From Desulfobacterales bacterium (GTDB lineage: Bacteria > Desulfobacterota > Desulfobacteria > Desulfobacterales > SpSt-501), in contig JBGSTS010000282.1 of the NCBI GenBank assembly GCA_041736435.1, forward strand, positions 10,321 to 74,320: a DNA stretch of 64,000 bases, in the 5' to 3' direction. Shown piece by piece: positions 58,822 to 64,000 of the stretch (within the stretch, counting starts at the first letter, position 1; every line of letters starts with the position of its first letter). Position numbers and translations under genes: made by a program. The notes under the pieces were generated by a model. The model saw only the letters and a list, made by a program, of their open reading frames with translations, had not been told where the DNA came from and searched no databases.

Positions 58822-59232
58822 ATGGAGGTCGTTAATTGGAAGGACGTCGATGACGTCAAGATCGCCACATTCCCCTACCGGGGCAAACCCTACAAAGTAA
58901 GGGGAATCAGCGTGCGCTGGCTGTCCAGGTTCGGAGACGACGGCCATGGTAACCCCGAGTACGGCCTACGTCTGTTTACCGCCCAGCCCGGTGGCGAAAT
59001 CCCGATCCACAACCACTTCTACCTCCAGACCATGTACATTCTCACCGGCAGCTTCGAGTGCCATGAATACGACCCGCAGACCGAACGCCGGGTCACAGCG
59101 ACGGTCTGCGGCCCCGGCTCCGCCGTGGTCATCCCCAGCATGCAGCCCCACGGCATGCGCAACCTGAGCGACACCGAGCCCGCTACATTCTTGTGCTGCA
59201 TCTGCAATGTGTACGAAAAGGAGGCCATGTGA
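58822..59232 (+). CDS. cupin-domain protein
   Basis: 136 aa. GGEIPIHNH...PHGMRN matches the two cupin motifs. Confidence 0.75.
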   Translation: MEVVNWKDVDDVKIATFPYRGKPYKVRGISVRWLSRFGDDGHGNPEYGLRLFTAQPGGEIPIHNHFYLQTMYILTGSFECHEYDPQTERRVTATVCGPGSAVVIPSMQPHGMRNLSDTEPATFLCCICNVYEKEAM

Positions 59233-59421
59233 CGAAGGCTGAGCAAGCGGAAGACCGACCGTCTCATGAATTCCAATTCCGTTTTCTCATCAACCGCACC
59301 AGGCTCGGGATGGTGATCCACGCCACGGCTCAGGACTACGAGGCGGCATAGTCCATGGAAGTCAACGTCAATTTGATCTGCATGGCTGACTTTGCCATCG
59401 AATCGATGCCGGGCGATGCAG

Positions 59422-59439
59422 AACGCCTATTTAGGCGTT
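59422..59439. repeat. perfect palindrome AACGCCTA tt TAGGCGTT
   Basis: Read directly: 8-nt arms with a 2-nt centre. Confidence 0.6.
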
Positions 59440-59442
59440 GCC

Positions 59443-59477
59443 TAAAATGTTGGCCCAAGGTCTGGGCCAACATTTTA
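59443..59477 (+). terminator. strong hairpin, a possible terminator of the cupin transcript or a regulatory RNA element
   Basis: TAAAATGTTGGCCCA (59443-57) pairs perfectly with TGGGCCAACATTTTA (59463-77), loop AGGTC. The 3' arm ends in UUUUA but no long U tract follows. Confidence 0.4.
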
Positions 59478-59540
59478 AAGAAGTGGTGTTAATGGTAAGA
59501 CTGCAACCATGAGGTCAAACCATTTTTCCTGGAGAACGTG

Positions 59541-60473
59541 ATGAACAAAATCGAACGAGTGGATCGCGTCTTGCGAGGCGACGAGGTGGACACCCCTCCC
59601 ATTTCACTCTGGTACCACTTTGGGGTGCAGCATGCAGACGGCGAGCAGTTCGCACGCATCACGCTGCAGTACTTCCGTCACTATGATTTCGATTTTTTAA
59701 AAGTCATGAGCGATTATTATTACCCGGCACCGGCCGACCTCGACACGGTGCGCACCCGGCAGGACCTCGAGCGGTTCACGCGGTTCGACGTCGAGCGCAC
59801 CGAGTGGCGCGAACAGTTCAAGGCGCTCTCGATCATCACCCGGGAGATCAAGGGCCGGGCCCACTTCATCGACACGGTGTTCGACCCCTGGCAAAGCATT
59901 CGGCGCACCGTTGCGGGCGAGACGATGACGCACCTTGTTCAAAACGAACCCCAGGCCCTGCACGATGCCTTGGACCGGGTGGCCGACAACCTGATCGCTT
60001 ACGCCCAAAAAGCCCTGAGCATCGGGGCCTCCGGTATTTTCATGTCGGTGCCGGCCGCGAAGGAAATCGTCAGCCGCGAGGTCTTTTTGACCTTCGTCAA
60101 ACCCTATGCTACGAAGGTTTTCAAGGCGGTCTCCGGTCTGGGCCCCATGAACACCGCCCACATTCACGGCGACGATCTATACTTCGACGACGTGCTGGAT
60201 TTCCCTGTGGATGTCTTCAGCTGGTGGGACCGTGGGCCCCACGGGCCGTCTCTGGAACACGTCCAACAACGTATCGGCGGCTGCGTCATGGGCGGCATCG
60301 ACCAGACCTTGCTTACCCGCCGCTCGCCGGCCTTCCTGAAGGCCCACGTGCGCGAGGGGGTCGGTCTCGGCGGGGACCGGCGCTTTTTCTTGGCCAACGG
60401 ATGCAGCATCGACACCTGGGTGAGCCCTGCCATCCTTCGGGCGGTCGTTGCCGCAGCACGCGAGGCTGGATGA
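59541..60473 (+). CDS. uroporphyrinogen decarboxylase (URO-D) family protein
   Basis: The N-terminus reads MNKIERVDRVLRGDEVDTPPISLWYHFG, and the length fits URO-D/MtaA-like proteins. The function is not inferable. ATG 59541 follows GGAG. Confidence 0.65.
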   Translation: MNKIERVDRVLRGDEVDTPPISLWYHFGVQHADGEQFARITLQYFRHYDFDFLKVMSDYYYPAPADLDTVRTRQDLERFTRFDVERTEWREQFKALSIITREIKGRAHFIDTVFDPWQSIRRTVAGETMTHLVQNEPQALHDALDRVADNLIAYAQKALSIGASGIFMSVPAAKEIVSREVFLTFVKPYATKVFKAVSGLGPMNTAHIHGDDLYFDDVLDFPVDVFSWWDRGPHGPSLEHVQQRIGGCVMGGIDQTLLTRRSPAFLKAHVREGVGLGGDRRFFLANGCSIDTWVSPAILRAVVAAAREAG

Positions 60474-60824
60474 CACGCGCAGGTTGAATTTCGGGACTTG
60501 AGCGCTATTGGCTATGGAGCTATAAGAACGCATCGGCCGGGGAGACCCGTTCTGCAACCTCAAGATTTTTGGAGGGACGGACCTCGTCATCCTGCTCGCC
60601 GCCTCGCTGGCGGAATCGGAGCAGCGGGTGCGTCTTGCGGACAGCCCCGCGTGTGAACGTCGGCACCAGCCTCGAACAGGACCTTACGAAAATCTGGTCG
60701 GAATCGGCCGAAACCACCCGCCGGGCAGCCGGCCGGATTCATTCCACCGAGGGCAAAGGGGTGGACGAGGTCGGAAACGAGTTGAAACCCGTGCTGCGCG
60801 ATTTGCCGGGAAGTTACATCGCCC

Positions 60825-61607
60825 ATGGCAACTGCCTGCCTCACTGAACAAGGCTCCTACCGGTCGCCCGATCGGCCGGCGGTCTGGTTTGCCCGACACT
60901 ACCCCGCCCTGATTTTCTATGCCAAAATTGCGGCCGTGGTATGGAGCGCCTCCCGCCTGGCGCAACAGGGACGGTACGACGGAGCCGCCTGGATCCGGAG
61001 CAGCCTCACATCGGTCCAGGCGCTCGAATCCGTCGGGGGGAGCTTTGACCTCCAAAACCTGAACGTCATCCAAAAGCTGACCGCTCCCTGCGTTTTCATC
61101 GGAAACCACATGAGCATCCTCGAAACCTTCATCCTGCCCTGCCTGATCCAACCGCATCGCAACGTAACCTTTGTCGTCAAGCGGAGCCTCATGTCCTATC
61201 CTTGGTTCGGGCATATTTTGCGCAGCCGCAACCCGGTGGTGGTGGGGCGTGAAAACCCACGGGAGGATTTCAGGACGGTGCTGAAAGAGGGACAACGGCG
61301 ACTGGAGGCGGGTGTGTCCGTGATCATTTTCCCCCAGACCACCCGCAGCGTGGATTTCGACCCGCAGAAGTTCAACAGCCTGGGGGTCAAGCTGGCCAAG
61401 CACTGTCGCGTGCCGATCGTGCCAGTTGCCCTCAAGACCGACGCCTGGGGCCTCGGGAAACGGCTCAAGGATATTGGCCGGATCAGCCCCGGCAAGCGGG
61501 TTTACATCTGCTTTGGCGAACCGTTGACCGTCGACGGCTCGGGCAAGGACGAGCACGACCACATCATGGAGTTTATTGCCTCGCACCTCAACGCCTGGCA
61601 ACGCTGA
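60825..61607 (+). CDS. plsC: lysophospholipid (1-acyl-sn-glycerol-3-phosphate) acyltransferase family
   Basis: GNHMSILE (NHxxxxD/E block) and IIFPQTTR (FPEGTR-like block). Confidence 0.75.
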   Translation: MATACLTEQGSYRSPDRPAVWFARHYPALIFYAKIAAVVWSASRLAQQGRYDGAAWIRSSLTSVQALESVGGSFDLQNLNVIQKLTAPCVFIGNHMSILETFILPCLIQPHRNVTFVVKRSLMSYPWFGHILRSRNPVVVGRENPREDFRTVLKEGQRRLEAGVSVIIFPQTTRSVDFDPQKFNSLGVKLAKHCRVPIVPVALKTDAWGLGKRLKDIGRISPGKRVYICFGEPLTVDGSGKDEHDHIMEFIASHLNAWQR

Positions 61608-61638
61608 CAACCCCTGGGGCAAATTCCTGCGAAGGACA

Positions 61639-62868
61639 TCAACGTCGGGCCAGCAGGGCCACTAGCCGGTCGAGGACGGCTTCGGCCACAGCCTGCTTGG
61701 ACATCAGGGGAAGAGATTCTGCTCCGCCGCCGGCGTCGACAAGGGTCACGCGGTTGGTGTCCACTGCAAACCCGCTGTCGGCGGCCAAAACATCGTTGGC
61801 CACGATCAAATCCAGCCCCTTTCGGTTAAGCTTCTCCCTGGCATTTTCAAGCACATTGCGGGTTTCGGCGGCAAAACCGATGACGACGCGGGGCGAGCCG
61901 CTTTTTCCTCGGCGCTTCGCGACCGCCGCCAGGATGTCCGGCGTCCGGACCAGCTCGAGTGCCATCTCGTCCTGGGTTTTCTTGATCTTGTGCTCCTCCG
62001 CTGCCTTAGGCCGATAGTCTGCCACGGCGGCCGCCATAATGATCGCAGCGGCATCGACCACGGCGTCCAAAACGGCCGCCTGCATCTCCTCGGCGGATTC
62101 CACGGCCACCCCCCGGACTCCATGCGGCACCGACCGGGCCACTGGTCCATGGACCAGAGTGACCTCGGCGCCACGGTCCCGGGCGGCATACGCCAGGGCA
62201 AACCCCATTTTGCCGCTGCTGTGGTTGCCGACGAAGCGCACCGGATCGATCGCCTCGCGGGTACCGCCTGCCGTCACCACCACCTTTTCGCCCGATAGCG
62301 GCCCCTTGCAGCCGAGTACCCAACGGGCGGCGTCCAGGATGGCATCGGGCTCTGACATCCTCCCGACCCCTTCCGCGCCGGAGGCCAGCCTGCCGGACTC
62401 CGGCCCCACGCTGAAATACCCCCGCCGGCCCAAAACTTCCATGTTGGCGACCGTGGCCGGGTTGGCCCACATGCCGGATTCCATGGCCGGAGCCAGCAAT
62501 ATCGGCCCCCGGCAGGCCAGGGCCGTAGTGGCAAGCATGTTGTCCGCCAGGCCGTGAGCGAGCTTGGCCAGCGTGCTGGCGGTGGCCGGGGCAATGACCA
62601 TCAGATCCGCACGTTTGCCCAGGCTCACGTGGCCGATCTCGGTTTCCTGCCAGAGCGAGAACATTTTTAGGGCCACCGGCCGGTGCACAAGCGCCTGGAA
62701 GGTGAGCGGCCGGACAAACTCGGCCGCCGCCGGCGTCATCACCACGTCCACCTGCGCCCCGGCCTTGACCAGCCGGCTGGTGAGATCAGCCGCCTTGTAG
62801 GCCGCGATCCCCCCGCTTACCCCGACCACAACCTTGCATCCCTTCAGAATCGGGATCTCGATATCCAT
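61639..62868 (-). CDS. coaBC: bifunctional phosphopantothenoylcysteine decarboxylase / phosphopantothenate-cysteine ligase
   Basis: VVVGVSGGIAAYKAADL at the N-terminus (flavoprotein domain) and FVGNHSSGKMG in the ligase domain. Confidence 0.95.
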   Translation of the reverse strand: MDIEIPILKGCKVVVGVSGGIAAYKAADLTSRLVKAGAQVDVVMTPAAAEFVRPLTFQALVHRPVALKMFSLWQETEIGHVSLGKRADLMVIAPATASTLAKLAHGLADNMLATTALACRGPILLAPAMESGMWANPATVANMEVLGRRGYFSVGPESGRLASGAEGVGRMSEPDAILDAARWVLGCKGPLSGEKVVVTAGGTREAIDPVRFVGNHSSGKMGFALAYAARDRGAEVTLVHGPVARSVPHGVRGVAVESAEEMQAAVLDAVVDAAAIIMAAAVADYRPKAAEEHKIKKTQDEMALELVRTPDILAAVAKRRGKSGSPRVVIGFAAETRNVLENAREKLNRKGLDLIVANDVLAADSGFAVDTNRVTLVDAGGGAESLPLMSKQAVAEAVLDRLVALLARR

Positions 62869-62871
62869 CGG

Positions 62872-63642
62872 CTACTCCTGCCGGTTGAGGTGATAGATCA
62901 GACGCAGCCCTTCGAGCGTAATCATGGGGTCGACGGTTTCGATCACATCGGTCATCCCGGCCAGAATGTGGGCCATGCCGCCGGTGGCGATGACCTTGAC
63001 CTTTCCCCCCAGTTCGGTCCCGATGCGTCTGACCAGGGTCTCGATGAGGCCCAGGTAGCCCAGGACCAGGCCGGATTGCATGGCATGGACGGTGTTTTTC
63101 CCGATAGCCGCCGGCGGTGCCGTAAGCTCGATGCGCGGCAGCTTGGCCGTCCGGCTGAAGAGCGCCTCCGCGGCGATGCCCAGACCCGGCGCGATGGCCC
63201 CGCCCACATAGTCCCCGTCCTTCGAGATGGCGTCGAAGGTGGTCGCCGTGCCGAAGTCGACCACAATGCAGGGGCCACCGTAAAAGGTTTTGGCGCCGAG
63301 CGCATTCAGGATGCGGTCGGCGCCGATTTCAGCCGGGTAGTCGATGAGGATCCGGACACCGGTCTTGCTGGCGCTGGAGACGATCAGCGGGTCGTGGTTG
63401 AGATAGCGGCGGCTCATGTCGGCAAACACCGGGGTGAGCGGCGGCACTACGCTGGCGATGGCCACCCCTGAAACCGTGGACCAGCTGAGATGAGCGTAAT
63501 CGAACAGGCTGCGCAGCACCATGGCATACTCGTCGGGCTGCTTGGCCCGGTCGGTGGCGATGCGCCAATGGGCAACCCACCGGTCTTCGTGGTGCAGACC
63601 GAACATGGTGTTGGTGTTGTTCACGTTGATTGCAAACAGCAT
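62872..63642 (-). CDS. coaX: type III pantothenate kinase
   Basis: MLFAINVNNTNTMFGL at the N-terminus and VVDFGTATTFD are typical of CoaX. It lies directly upstream of coaBC. Confidence 0.9.
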   Translation of the reverse strand: MLFAINVNNTNTMFGLHHEDRWVAHWRIATDRAKQPDEYAMVLRSLFDYAHLSWSTVSGVAIASVVPPLTPVFADMSRRYLNHDPLIVSSASKTGVRILIDYPAEIGADRILNALGAKTFYGGPCIVVDFGTATTFDAISKDGDYVGGAIAPGLGIAAEALFSRTAKLPRIELTAPPAAIGKNTVHAMQSGLVLGYLGLIETLVRRIGTELGGKVKVIATGGMAHILAGMTDVIETVDPMITLEGLRLIYHLNRQE

Positions 63643-63797
63643 GGCGTAGTCCTCCAGGCTGCAGGTGGCTGGACGGCATCATGGGGATGGTTGCTGTACG
63701 GGAGCGTAAGCCGCCCACCTCGTGAAGAGAATTGTATCAGATGGCAAGGGGAATTTGAAAATGATTTTTTGTGCGAGGAGAAAGGACTTTGAATGCA

Positions 63798-63828
63798 TGA
63801 GGGGGCGGCGCCACCCACCGCCCCCTCA
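63798..63828 (-). terminator. GC-rich hairpin downstream of the outer-membrane protein gene
   Basis: TGAGGGGGCGG (63798-808) pairs perfectly with CCGCCCCCTCA (63818-28). It lies 14 nt past the stop of the minus-strand gene. The downstream tract is only moderately U-rich. Confidence 0.45.
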
Positions 63829-63841
63829 CGTTCAAGAAAGG

Positions 63842-64000
63842 TTAGAAGAAGCGGTACTGAACGCCGAACGAGAGACCCCACACATCCTTGTCGTACTCGG
63901 TGCCGGCCGGCGCACGGCCGGAGGCGGTCGAGTCTGAACCCGTTTTCTCAGACTCGTACCAGACTCGACAAGCGCCCAAGGTCAGGTCCAGTCTTTCGAG
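63842..64000 (-). CDS. 3' end of an outer-membrane beta-barrel protein (porin-like) gene; 5' part lies outside the window
   Basis: Hand translation gives ...GTEYDKDVWGLSFGVQYRFF*. The alternating pattern and terminal aromatic Phe are typical of OMP C-terminal strands. All 53 codons are open to the window edge. Confidence 0.5.
   Translation of the reverse strand, partial: LERLDLTLGACRVWYESEKTGSDSTASGRAPAGTEYDKDVWGLSFGVQYRFF

Noticed and set aside
1-64000. Search for CRISPR arrays, tRNA/rRNA/tmRNA, IS elements, integrases, toxin-antitoxin pairs, restriction-modification or other defence genes.
   Set aside because: I saw no spaced direct-repeat arrays. No gene product has transposase, integrase, nuclease or methylase motifs. 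None of the intergenic gaps (all under 400 bp) shows a tRNA-like T-arm or anticodon-arm pattern by eye. A tRNAscan/Infernal run would be needed to exclude small RNAs formally.

Overview
A visibly GC-rich chromosomal segment with about 58 credible protein-coding genes (GC not computed). I recognised no rRNA, tRNA, CRISPR array, transposase, integrase or phage genes. The content looks like core and accessory metabolism of an anaerobe. An Rnf complex, a tetraheme cytochrome c3 and a DsrE-like protein suggest a Desulfobacterota-type organism, but that is weak inference. Blocks from left to right: (1) histidine utilisation, with hutH divergent from hutU, a formiminotransferase gene and hutI (1-6224), and an unlisted 55-aa lysine-rich gene between them; (2) cell-wall enzymes, membrane proteins, an AraC-MGMT repair protein, an aminotransferase and an MFS pump (6506-14761); (3) remnants of a TAXI-TRAP transporter (14762-15662); (4) rnfCDGEAB plus rseC-like and dsrE-like genes (15827-21905); (5) tryptophanase-like lyase, thioesterase and cytochrome c3 (22049-24591); (6) a divergently split peptide-type ABC transporter with M20 and MBL hydrolases (24688-32648); (7) an OmpA-like lipoprotein, ugpBAECQ and a second exported phosphodiesterase (32783-40357); (8) MFS, class-V aminotransferase, a fused GlcD-GlcE oxidase, GlcF, FAH and DapA-family genes (40371-48991); (9) sppA, a stand-alone Lon N-domain protein, atoE and lon (48988-55051); (10) a Phe/Trp-rich leader peptide and attenuator in front of a DAHP synthase-prephenate dehydratase fusion (56462-58628); (11) cupin, URO-D-family, plsC, coaBC, coaX and the 3' end of an outer-membrane barrel gene. 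I found no defence island or mobile element. The most unusual items are the aromatic leader-peptide attenuator with the DAHPS-PDT fusion, an Rnf operon whose RnfC and RnfD appear to lack canonical flavin/NADH motifs, the H1-like mini-protein with its own SD and terminator, and the decayed TRAP locus. All homology calls rest on motifs read by eye from the supplied translations; no database search was run.
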